A DNA stretch of 32,000 nucleotides from Candidatus Saccharimonadota bacterium (GTDB taxonomy: Archaea; Micrarchaeota; Micrarchaeia; Micrarchaeales; Micrarchaeaceae), in contig OY970071.1 in NCBI GenBank assembly GCA_963705375.1, positions 180,001 to 212,000 of the forward strand, in the 5' to 3' direction. Position 1 is the first letter of the stretch, and the number at the start of each line of letters is the position of its first letter. The notes under the pieces were generated by a model, which did no database searches, had not been told where the DNA came from, and saw only the letters and a list, made by a program, of their open reading frames with translations. Positions 9,082-17,401 of this stretch are shown piece after piece. A program made the position numbers and the translations under genes.

Positions 9082-9372
9082 CTACTCCACGGTTTTGTTC
9101 CTTGTTATGTAGTAGAGCAGATACACCTCGACAACAACGTTGCCTAGCGCGAAAAGGAGGTATGAGCTCATCTTGATGGCTACGATGTACAGGCAGAGCA
9201 AGCCCAGAAGCACCCCGACAACTGCGAAGTTCCTGATTGGCAACTTCTGGGCGTCCTTCACGGCCTTCCTGCTTTGGCGGTACAGGTACACGCTGACCAG
9301 CACTATGAACACTATGCTCCACGTTATAACTAGCGAATACCAGCCGAACAGAGCACTATATGTGGTTGCCAT
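9082..9372 (-). CDS. Small 3-TM membrane protein immediately downstream of mgtA
   Basis: The in-frame ATG at 9372 (MATTYSALFGWYSLVITWSIVFIVLVSVYLY...) lies 10 nt after the mgtA stop (9383-9385). The ORF-track start at 9432 would overlap mgtA by 50 nt. Three hydrophobic helices. Confidence 0.5.
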   Translation of the reverse strand: MATTYSALFGWYSLVITWSIVFIVLVSVYLYRQSRKAVKDAQKLPIRNFAVVGVLLGLLCLYIVAIKMSSYLLFALGNVVVEVYLLYYITRNKTVE

Positions 9373-9382
9373 GGCATCACGC

Positions 9383-12037
9383 TTACAGGTTCTTGCATAT
9401 CTTGTAGAAGAACACTTTTCCCATGTCGACAAGCAGCAGGTACGTGATGGTCATCAGCACCAGCAGAGACCAGTAGCCAATTGGCAGCGGCACGAAGCCT
9501 AGGAAGCTCCCGAACGACGTTAGAGGCAAGAGCGTACCAAAGGCGACCAGCGCCAGCGTGAGCAGCACCACCCACTTGCCTGGCTTGCTCGAGAAGAAAG
9601 GTACCTTCCGCGTCCTTATAACAAATATTATCAGCACCTCGGTCCAGAAAGATTCGACGAACCAGCCGCTCTGGAAGATTCCCGCAGCAATCTTCAGTTG
9701 TTGCGGATTGGCGAGATTGAGGTGCATCGGGGCTATGAATATGAAAAGCATTATGCCAAAGGTGAGGAAGTCGTAGACCGAGCTGAACGGACCGAAAAAC
9801 AGCGTGTACTTCCGCACAAAGTTTATGTCCCATTTCTTCGGCTTCTTTATGAACTCCTGGTCGACGTTGTCAGTTGGCAGCGTCATGTTCGATGTGTCAT
9901 AGAGCACGTTCATGAAGAGTATCTGCACAGGAAGCATAGGCAGAAACGGAAGGAATATGGACGCAGTCGCGGCGCTGAACATGTTGCCGAAGTTAGAGCT
10001 TGTTCCCATCAGTATGTACTTAAGGGTGTTCTCGAAGGTCTTCCTTCCTTCCTGTATGCCGTTTGCAAGCACCATCAGGTCCTTTTCCAACAACACGATG
10101 TCAGCGGCGTCCTTCGAAACGTCGACCGCAGTGTCCACGGAAATGCCGACATCAGCCTCGTACAGTGCAGGCGCGTCGTTCACGCCGTCGCCCATGAAGC
10201 CGACGACGTGCTCATTCTCCTTCAATGCCTTTATAACGTCAAGCTTCTGCTGAGGGGTTATCCTTGCGAATATGGTGGTCTCTTCGGCCGCTTGCTTCAA
10301 CTGAACCCAGCTCATCTTCGCCATGTCCGATCCGCGGACAACACGTTTCACGCGTATTTTCAGCTCCTCGCAGATCTTCTTCGCGACGAGTTCGTTGTCG
10401 CCAGTGAGTATCTTCACATCGACGCCCATCTGGTTCAGCATTTCGACCGCGTCGTGCGCACCGCTTTTTGGCAGGTCAGTGAACACCAGCAAACCAAGGA
10501 AGGTGAGCCCTGCCTCGTCACCGGTACTATGGTTCTTGTGTTCTGAGGTTTCCTTGTATGCGACTGCCAGCACCCTGTAGCCCGCTTCGGAAAACTTGTT
10601 AAGTTCTGCTTCAATCTGCTTTGTCGCATGCGAAAAGTTCTCCATTTTGCCTCCGATTTCAGCATATTGGCATTTCGGAAACAACGACTCCGGAGCGCCT
10701 TTTGTGATGAAGATGTGCTCGTCGCCCCTCCTGACCGCAACAGACATCATCCGTCTCTGGTAATCGAACGGAACCTCATCAATTCTTTTGTACGCTTTCA
10801 GGCCGTCTTGGAGCATGTTGTCAATAGAATACTTCCATATTGCGGCATCCATTGCATTTCCTTTGGCACCCTCTAGGCTTGATGCAGAATTGCAGAGTGT
10901 CGAGTAATCCACTATCTTGGTGTCTCTTACGTCGTTGAGCAGCCAGTACTCCCTCATTGTTATGTTGCCGTCGGTGAGAGTACCCGTCTTATCCGTGCAC
11001 AGGACGTCCATGTTTCCGAAGTCCTCAATTGACACGAGCCGCTTCACGACAACTTTCTTCTCTGCCATCCTGCCTGCACCATGCGACAGGCTTATGGTCA
11101 CAATGGCGGGCATGAGCTCAGGCACGAGGCCCACAGCAACAGCAAGAGAGAAAAGCAGAGAATCGAAGAACGGGTGCCCTATGAGGGTGTTCAAGACGAA
11201 TATGGCAACTACCAGCGCACCGGTCAGCGTCATCAGCATGTTGCCGTACGCCTTTATCCCTTTCTGGAACTCTGTCGGAGGGTGCGGCCTTGCAAGGCTT
11301 CCGGCTATCGCGCCGAATTCGGTATACTTTCCTGTCGCGACCACTACGCCCTTGCCGCTTCCATGGTCTATGCTGGTGCCCATGAAGAGATAGTTGCTAA
11401 GCTCATGAGGCGTCGGCTGTTCAGAATGCACTCTGCCAGTCTGCTTGTCGACAGGAAATGCCTCTCCTGTAAGGTTCGCCTCGTTCGCCTGCATCTCCTT
11501 CGAACTGAGTATCCTCAAGTCTGCAGGCACGATACTCCCGATGTAGACAGAGACAATGTCTCCAGGCACAAGCTCCTCGGCGTTGATCTCCAGCTCCTTG
11601 CCGTTCCTTATTACGATGGCCCTTGTCGAGACCTTGTGCTGCAGCGTCTCGACAGTCGCCTCAGCCTTGTACTCGTTATAGAACCCGAGCACCACCGCGA
11701 GCACGATCATTAAAAGTATTACTGCAGACTGGTCCAATTCGCCAAGGAAACCTGTGATTACCGCACAGAGCACCAATATGACAAATATGGAGTTGTTGAA
11801 CTGCCTGAGAAAGACCTTCATCTTGCTTAGGCTCTTGCCAGGCAGCAGATTGCGGCCGTAGGACTTCAGCCTTTTTTCTGCCTCTTCTTCGGAAAGCCCG
11901 TGTTCGTAGGTGTCCAGAGACTTGCAGACATCCTCGTTGCTCAAGGACCAGTAATCCTTACGTGATGCCGTACTATAGGTGGTGGTTTTCATTTTCCATC
12001 CCAAGTTATCAAGCAGGCTCCTGGTGTATGTCGACAC
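9383..12037 (-). CDS. mgtA: Magnesium-translocating P-type ATPase (MgtA type)
   Basis: Phosphorylation site CTDKTGTLT, TGDN, MGDGVNDAPAL. The MgtA-specific segment NVLYDTSNMTLPTDNVDQEFIKKPKKW compares with E. coli NLLYDVSQVAIPFDNVD...KPQRW (from memory). An alternative start is at 11992 (MKTTTYS). Confidence 0.9.
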   Translation of the reverse strand: MSTYTRSLLDNLGWKMKTTTYSTASRKDYWSLSNEDVCKSLDTYEHGLSEEEAEKRLKSYGRNLLPGKSLSKMKVFLRQFNNSIFVILVLCAVITGFLGELDQSAVILLMIVLAVVLGFYNEYKAEATVETLQHKVSTRAIVIRNGKELEINAEELVPGDIVSVYIGSIVPADLRILSSKEMQANEANLTGEAFPVDKQTGRVHSEQPTPHELSNYLFMGTSIDHGSGKGVVVATGKYTEFGAIAGSLARPHPPTEFQKGIKAYGNMLMTLTGALVVAIFVLNTLIGHPFFDSLLFSLAVAVGLVPELMPAIVTISLSHGAGRMAEKKVVVKRLVSIEDFGNMDVLCTDKTGTLTDGNITMREYWLLNDVRDTKIVDYSTLCNSASSLEGAKGNAMDAAIWKYSIDNMLQDGLKAYKRIDEVPFDYQRRMMSVAVRRGDEHIFITKGAPESLFPKCQYAEIGGKMENFSHATKQIEAELNKFSEAGYRVLAVAYKETSEHKNHSTGDEAGLTFLGLLVFTDLPKSGAHDAVEMLNQMGVDVKILTGDNELVAKKICEELKIRVKRVVRGSDMAKMSWVQLKQAAEETTIFARITPQQKLDVIKALKENEHVVGFMGDGVNDAPALYEADVGISVDTAVDVSKDAADIVLLEKDLMVLANGIQEGRKTFENTLKYILMGTSSNFGNMFSAATASIFLPFLPMLPVQILFMNVLYDTSNMTLPTDNVDQEFIKKPKKWDINFVRKYTLFFGPFSSVYDFLTFGIMLFIFIAPMHLNLANPQQLKIAAGIFQSGWFVESFWTEVLIIFVIRTRKVPFFSSKPGKWVVLLTLALVAFGTLLPLTSFGSFLGFVPLPIGYWSLLVLMTITYLLLVDMGKVFFYKICKNL

Positions 12038-12779
12038 GTTCCATTCTCGGGAAACGGTTCTTTATCTTGATCTCGAGCTTGCTTACGATGTCGTGCGCCT
12101 TGTTTATGCTCATATTTGGGTCGAAATAGCATTTCATGACAAGATGCTGGTTGCCCGCTATGCTCCTGATCGAAACGACTTGGGCTTCCTTGATCTCAGG
12201 GAAGCTTTCTGCCATGTCCTCTATCATCGAGCTCAGCTCCAGCGGCGTGTCTGCCATTTCTTTTGAAACCAATTCAGACACAGGCTCCATGTGGACGGAT
12301 ATGTCCCCGATGTTCTTCACGCTTCTCCTGAGCTTCGCCTCGATCTTGTCCGCTATGGAATGGGCATCCCTTATGCTTATATTGTCGCTCACTTCGAGGT
12401 GCATGTCGATGCAAGTCTTCCCATCTATCTGCTGGATGTGCACGTCGTGAACGCCCCTTGTGCCAGGCACCCTGTCCGCGATTTCCTTAACGGTTTCCCA
12501 TAGGTTGCCGCCAGCACCCTTGAACGGTTCTGTGTGCACAGTCACTGTCGAATCGGGGATTATCTTCTTGGTCACCTCCTCGACCTCTGATGCGATCTGG
12601 TGCACCTCGTCAAAGCTCAAATCGCTGTCCAACAGGACGTGCATCGTCACGGCATACCGCCTTCCGGTCATCCGCACATCGATGTCGTGGCAGCCCCTCA
12701 CTGCCTTGAGAGCCTCGACACGGGCCTTGATCCTCTTGGCGATATCCTTCTCAGAACGTTCTACTAGTGGCAAAGACAT
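12009..12779 (-). CDS. Stand-alone protein of three tandem cation-diffusion-facilitator cytoplasmic (ZT_dimer-like) domains, with no transmembrane domain
   Basis: Three ~85-aa units each follow the CDF C-terminal-domain pattern and end in H-x-E-P: (1) VRGCHDIDVRMTGRRYAVTMHVLLD...EVHQIA...VTVHTEPF; (2) TRGVHDVHIQQIDGKTCIDMHLEV...DAHSIADKIE...ISVHMEPV; (3) IKEAQVVSIRSIAGNQHLVMKCYFD...KAHDIVSKLE...VDIHQEPA. There is an SD-like AAGAGGT 6-8 nt upstream of the ATG. The stop overlaps the mgtA long-form start by 29 nt. Confidence 0.75.
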   Translation of the reverse strand: MSLPLVERSEKDIAKRIKARVEALKAVRGCHDIDVRMTGRRYAVTMHVLLDSDLSFDEVHQIASEVEEVTKKIIPDSTVTVHTEPFKGAGGNLWETVKEIADRVPGTRGVHDVHIQQIDGKTCIDMHLEVSDNISIRDAHSIADKIEAKLRRSVKNIGDISVHMEPVSELVSKEMADTPLELSSMIEDMAESFPEIKEAQVVSIRSIAGNQHLVMKCYFDPNMSINKAHDIVSKLEIKIKNRFPRMERVDIHQEPA

Positions 12780-13135
12780 ACAATTACCTCTTGTTTATTT
12801 TGTCTTAAAGAGAATTGATAAACAGATGCATGACAGATAAAACTACCCAATACGGGAAGGGGTAGTCTAGAAGTAATATCTAAAGAATCAGATGCGCTGC
12901 TGCGCAATGGACTTCTGTCTGCACCAGTCTTGGTCCAAGATCCGATATGTTTCATTATTTTTGCTGCCCTCAGTGCTTGCCTTATGCTCTGCTTCTCCCG
13001 AGCGCGCATACCTAGGTACCAAACCCTTAAAAGAGTTTCTGCTAAGCAGGAATGATTGTAGCAGCTGCCGGAACGTTTCTGCACGGAACCGGCGCATGCT
13101 CAACGAAAGTCAACTCCGAGCCGTAGAATCAAAGA

Positions 13136-13381
13136 TTATTTCTGACCGCAGTTGCAGTTGCAACCACCACGCATCCTGCCTCCGCACAGCACAGCGAGCA
13201 TTATCAACGCAGCAAACCACGTCGTGATGCTGTATGCTATGTTAAGCCCAAACAGCGCGTCTAAAGCCCATATGAAAGCCAGTGGAACTAGCGCTACGAG
13301 CACCAGTGCTGCAATCACGATGATAGGTATGGCCCACATCGGAGGCATGCGATTTTTCTTTATAGGCATCTTTACACCCAT
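13136..13381 (-). CDS. Small 2-TM membrane protein with a Cys/Gly-rich C-terminal tail
   Basis: 81 aa: MGVKMPIKKNRMPPMWAIPIIVIAALVLVALVPLAFIW...WFAALIMLAVLCGGRMRGGCNCNCGQK. Hydrophobic helices and a positive N-terminus, but no homolog recognised. Confidence 0.45.
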   Translation of the reverse strand: MGVKMPIKKNRMPPMWAIPIIVIAALVLVALVPLAFIWALDALFGLNIAYSITTWFAALIMLAVLCGGRMRGGCNCNCGQK

Positions 13382-13908
13382 TTAGAATAAAGACGTCAAG
13401 CTTATAAACTGAACGTCCTGCGCACCATGAAGTAAGAAACTGAAGCTAGAAAGTGCACCAGGATGATCCAGGCATACCATCGACGCGACACGAAATAACA
13501 CAAAATGCATATATATCTATTCCAGCACACACACGCGGTAAGTGATACTGTGCACATGAATAATAAAACGGACCATAAGCAAACGAATCAAGACGAGCAT
13601 AATGAAATAATGCCAGCCCCGCAGCGTAGGACGGGCTCTCTCGATGGCATAGCCTACTTAAAGCGGCAAGAAGACCAGGAACGAAAAGACAAGGACAAGG
13701 AGGATGAAGGCTCGGATGAAGATATCGTGCTGCCATAGGCTGTGATATCAAAAGCACGCATTCTGCAGAGAACACAGACTTCACCCACCTTGAATTGCTA
13801 AAAAGACACGGAGCGTGAGCGCACTTTGATTTAGCAGACACGCACGTATACAGATAAGATAGTGGTGCTTTGCATTTCAGCAAAAATGACTGACGCAGAC
13901 TGCCGTAA

Positions 13909-13926
13909 GCAAAATGTATAAATATC
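13909..13926 (+). promoter_or_regulatory. BRE/TATA-like element upstream of the multi-HTH gene
   Basis: gcaaaa-tgtataaatatc, with tataaata at 13917-13924. An in-frame GTG at 13948 sits about 27 nt downstream of the box centre (leaderless geometry). The first ATG is at 14086. Confidence 0.35.
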
Positions 13927-14085
13927 TTGAAAAATTGCAGCATTCGCGTGAGAACGCATTCACACAGCGATGATGCAGGTCCCGTCTTCCACCATGATGG
14001 TTGTACGTCAGACATTAGGTTGCGTACCGACTCTTCCATTAATGCGCGCGAAGGCACACATAATCCGCACAGCCTCTGCGAGGAG

Positions 14086-16044
14086 ATGAAATGGCTCTTC
14101 GAGTCGAAACATCTAGACATAGACGAAGTGGCACATAAATCCAAAGTGAGCCGAAGTACAATCTACAATGTTCTAAACGGCACCATTCCACACCGGCAGA
14201 TACTTTACGCACTAGCTTGCGCAATGGATCTGGATGAAGAGGAAATTAAGCACGTGCTAGGGCTTGGCGGATATGCTACGGAGCGCGGCAACACTCTAGG
14301 AGAAAGACTGAAGTGGTTCTTGGAAATTGAAGGGATAACAGAACAAAAGCTGAGTGAAGACGCGGGCATTAACCGACGCGCCATAGCCAGGGTCATCCAC
14401 CACAATGTCGTGCCATACAAAAGCACCGTCCTCGCGCTGGCCGCTGCCATGAAACTTGGTGATGATGAAAAGAATGAGATGTTGGAACTTGCCGGCTATG
14501 CTGCTGAGAAAAGATGCACGTTGGGGGGCGAGCTGGAAAGACTTTCGATGCAGAAACATCTCACTAAAAAAGACTTGAGCGAACGCTCTGGATTGGGTCT
14601 GAGCACAATATACGATGTTCTTAACGATGCAGTGGCACCTCTGCAGTTAACAGTCCTAAAGATAATCGACGCTATCGGGCTTAGCGAGGAGGAAAAGCGG
14701 AGCGTCCTGGAATTGGGCAACTACGTTGAGCAAAGAGGCACGTTGGGCGGAGAGTTGAAAAGACAGGCGATGGAGAAAAAGCTGACGAAGGACCAATTGA
14801 GTGAGCTTTTTGGCGTTCATGAAGATACCATGAACCACATTTTCGCCAATGAAACTGTTCCTAAGTTCGAAACGCTTTTTGCGCTGACGTCGGCCATGAA
14901 AATAGAGGGCACAACTCAGAGATACATTTACAAACTTGCAGGATATGATCTGTGCACATTAGGAGGTGAACTGAGGTTGCTTGCCGCACAGAGAGGGCTT
15001 GCAAAGGACAATCTCTCAGCCCTCACAGGCATAAAGATACGAAAGATACGCGCGATATTCCTGAATTCGGTCATGCCGAAATTTGAGGACATTTCTGCGT
15101 TGGTCTCTGCCATGAAACTTGATGGTGCCGCGCATAGGTATATAGATAATCTTGCAGGACGCGGTACGTGCACATTAGGATGCGAACTGCATATGCTTGC
15201 AGCAGAGAGAGGTTTCACCGAAGACGCTCTGGGAGATTCGGCCGCGATAGGCAGAGACACTGTGAGGGGGATTCTCCGCGATGAGATAGTGCCCAAGTTC
15301 GAGGACATTTTTGGGCTGGTCTCGGCGATGAAACTAGAAGATATGGAGCTGAGGTACGTTTACAAGCTTGCAGGATACGATCTGTTCACACTAGGGGGAG
15401 AACTGAGGCTGTTTGCTGCAGAGAGAGGATTTTCAGAGGATGCGTTGGTGGCGCTTTCGGGCGTTGTTCATCGTAGGTTAAACGCGATCTTCCATAATGA
15501 GGCAGCACCGTCCACATGGGACCTCCTAAAAATAGCCAACAGCCTCGAGCTTGGCGACGCTGAAATGAGCTATGTATTAAAACTTGCAGGAATTAGCACA
15601 GAGAGAAGAAGCACGTTAGGTGAAGAGCTGGAGAGATTGGCCATACTGGGACGGTTAGACAAAAACATGTTGAGTGCGACTGCAAAGGTTGGTCGCAACA
15701 CATTAGACGGCATCCTTCACAACGAGACCACGCCATCCCTAGAGGCCCTCACAAGAATAGCGAACGCAATGAATCTAGAGTATGAGAATAGGGAGTATGT
15801 ATTAGAGCTGGTAGGTGGTGCAGAGCGGAGCGAAACGCCGGGCGGAGAGCTTGAGCGGCTCATGTACCTGAAAGGCATGACACAAGCGACGCTGTGCAAG
15901 GACTCTGGTGTGCACCGCACTTTCATAATTGAAGCACTCCGTAACAAAAAGGCAATAGGGGACAAGACAGCCCGAAAGCTCATCGGTGCACTTCACCTTG
16001 AAGAGGAAGACCTGGAATACGTATACAAGCTGTTGGGTTATGAC
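14086..16044 (+). repeat. Nine in-frame tandem coding repeats (207-225 nt each) encoding the HTH modules
   Basis: Unit boundaries, set by the recurring T(L/P)G(G/E)(E/R)L: 14086, 14293, 14518, 14740, 14956, 15172, 15388, 15613, 15835. The units are diverged at the DNA level (an old duplication, not an assembly artefact). Units 4-6 share PKFE(T/D)(L/I)xxLxSAMK(I/L). Confidence 0.8.
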
Positions 16045-16698
16045 GTTGCGCGCATAGAAAAGATGCTGCGCAAAGAAGAAGAGACAGTTGCTTGCGTCAA
16101 GAAGAAAAGCATAAGCGAGAGACTGAATGACATGGCAGACACACTTAATGGCGCAGGAATACCTGTTACAGAAGAGGCAAGGAACAAAGCCGCAGAATAC
16201 GTCCAAAAATGCGTTAACGACGGTTTCATTAGAGGGAGCAGGGCATCTGCCAACGTGGCAGCAGTGGCACTGTACGCATCATGCAGGAATGCAGACGTCG
16301 TAGTGGTCCTTGAAGACATTACGCAGGCGTTGGGACTCAAGCACGACGCAGTCCACAACACCTATGAAGCTATGCGAAGTGAGCTCGGGATTGCGGCAAA
16401 ACCCCTTGACACTGCGAGCTTTGTGGAGTACTACCTTAGCAAGCTTGCACGCAGAGACGTTCTAGATGACGCACTGAACCTGCTGAATGACCACGCAGGG
16501 TCAATGTTCTCAGGTAAGGACCAGAGGAAAATCGCAGCGACAGTGATCTGCACTGCAAGCATAAGGTCAGACGCAGGGCACATAGATCCTGCGGATCTAA
16601 TGAAAGAATGCGGCCTCGTTACGTCACCTAACGTCAAGCTTGAAACACTATTGGACATGTGCAACAAGCTAGAGAAGAGGATTCGGGAAGGAAATTAG
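14086..16698 (+). CDS. Chimeric regulator candidate with nine tandem Cro/C1 (XRE)-type HTH modules fused to a TFB/TFIIB two-cyclin core (no Zn ribbon, no B-reader)
   Basis: Nine 70-75-aa units each fit the pattern TLGGEL+.L....G.....L....G+....+..+.......P....+..+..A+.L......Y+..LAGY. The C-terminus (16111-16695) fits the TFB cyclin repeats: ARNKAAEYVQKCVNDGFIRGSRASANVAAVALYASCRNADVVVVLEDITQALGLKHDAVHNTYEAMRSELGI, then FVEYYLSKL...ALNLLN...FSGKDQRKIAATVICTASIRSDAGHIDPADLMKECGLV. The 5' end is uncertain: ATG 14086 is preferred, the alternatives are GTG 13948 or TTG 13927 (ORF track). Confidence 0.8.
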   Translation: MKWLFESKHLDIDEVAHKSKVSRSTIYNVLNGTIPHRQILYALACAMDLDEEEIKHVLGLGGYATERGNTLGERLKWFLEIEGITEQKLSEDAGINRRAIARVIHHNVVPYKSTVLALAAAMKLGDDEKNEMLELAGYAAEKRCTLGGELERLSMQKHLTKKDLSERSGLGLSTIYDVLNDAVAPLQLTVLKIIDAIGLSEEEKRSVLELGNYVEQRGTLGGELKRQAMEKKLTKDQLSELFGVHEDTMNHIFANETVPKFETLFALTSAMKIEGTTQRYIYKLAGYDLCTLGGELRLLAAQRGLAKDNLSALTGIKIRKIRAIFLNSVMPKFEDISALVSAMKLDGAAHRYIDNLAGRGTCTLGCELHMLAAERGFTEDALGDSAAIGRDTVRGILRDEIVPKFEDIFGLVSAMKLEDMELRYVYKLAGYDLFTLGGELRLFAAERGFSEDALVALSGVVHRRLNAIFHNEAAPSTWDLLKIANSLELGDAEMSYVLKLAGISTERRSTLGEELERLAILGRLDKNMLSATAKVGRNTLDGILHNETTPSLEALTRIANAMNLEYENREYVLELVGGAERSETPGGELERLMYLKGMTQATLCKDSGVHRTFIIEALRNKKAIGDKTARKLIGALHLEEEDLEYVYKLLGYDVARIEKMLRKEEETVACVKKKSISERLNDMADTLNGAGIPVTEEARNKAAEYVQKCVNDGFIRGSRASANVAAVALYASCRNADVVVVLEDITQALGLKHDAVHNTYEAMRSELGIAAKPLDTASFVEYYLSKLARRDVLDDALNLLNDHAGSMFSGKDQRKIAATVICTASIRSDAGHIDPADLMKECGLVTSPNVKLETLLDMCNKLEKRIREGN

Positions 16699-16849
16699 GC
16701 GGCAAGACGGCCATCTTCACCCTGTTCTTTAGCAGAACTACAACGCAGATATACATAATTACTTTACAAAAACGCAGACATACCCAAATAAATTTACACA
16801 AATAATACTGCTTTAAGTATCTGATGTTTCTCATCTTCACCGTGACATT

Positions 16850-17209
16850 ATGGACAAGTTAAACAAGACAACTGAGGAAAGAGCGCAGAAAATAACAGAG
16901 TACATGGAAGCAGCCAAACCGTTACTTGAGAGCAACATAGTCGTTCATAGAGATTTCGGCATATGGGTCAAAAAGCACATAGATTACGAACAAATAATTA
17001 ATGGCACTCTTTTTGTGCTGGCAGAACTCAAGGACGATACAAGTCCAGATAAAATTCTAAAGAACATGCATTTGTATGGTTATGACATAAAAAACATGGA
17101 CGCGATAGTCTCTGCCGTGAGCAGCTTCTCACCTAAAGGAGAGGCGTTCAGCAGATACTATTGGGAAATGAGAGTGGAAGACATCAACAAAAATCACTTG
17201 CGTAAGTGA
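16850..17209 (+). CDS. Hypothetical protein (119 aa)
   Basis: Clean ORF with an ATG start and the A/T-rich sequence tttaagtatc about 35 nt upstream. No recognised motif. Confidence 0.55.
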   Translation: MDKLNKTTEERAQKITEYMEAAKPLLESNIVVHRDFGIWVKKHIDYEQIINGTLFVLAELKDDTSPDKILKNMHLYGYDIKNMDAIVSAVSSFSPKGEAFSRYYWEMRVEDINKNHLRK

Positions 17210-17401
17210 GGTCATCGCCCAGAAACAAGCAGCACACACTTCACGGATGCAAATCAGCATGCTTTTGCTTTATTGAAATTGCACGCGTATTGGTAACGCT
17301 AGCTAATCCTTTCAATGTTGCCAGATACTTCCTCAACCGCAGGGCACCAAGCATACGCATAAAAAAGGACACTCACAAGGCAGGAACAATATAAAGTGCA
17401 G

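Noticed and set aside
9698-11713. Plus-strand ORFs of 282 aa (9698-10546), 158 aa and 210 aa antisense to mgtA
   Set aside because: The opposite strand carries an unmistakable P-type ATPase with every catalytic motif. The antisense translations are His/Arg/Leu-rich with no motif, which is typical of shadow ORFs.
12780-13135. Possible Mg2+-sensing leader or riboswitch upstream of the CDF-CTD/mgtA unit, including a 7-bp hairpin (actaccc...gggtagt, 12842-12866)
   Set aside because: I cannot recognise M-box conserved elements by eye, and the M-box is a bacterial class. The hairpin is short and lies >60 nt upstream of the start on the non-template orientation. A covariance-model scan (Infernal/Rfam) would be needed, so this is not supported as it stands.
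13446-14144. 232-aa minus-strand ORF in the gap upstream of the multi-HTH gene
   Set aside because: Its Cys/Ser/Leu-rich low-complexity translation has no motif. It overlaps the HTH gene start and the TATA-like box, and nothing in the sequence supports a start. Most likely non-coding.
17206-17394. 62-aa ORF between the 119-aa orphan and the SDR gene, with a nearby gcaaa-tcagcatgct-tttgc hairpin and T-run (~17250-17275)
   Set aside because: The ORF overlaps the upstream stop, is basic and low-complexity, and has no start context. The hairpin/T-run may be a terminator for the upstream gene, but it is too weak to annotate.
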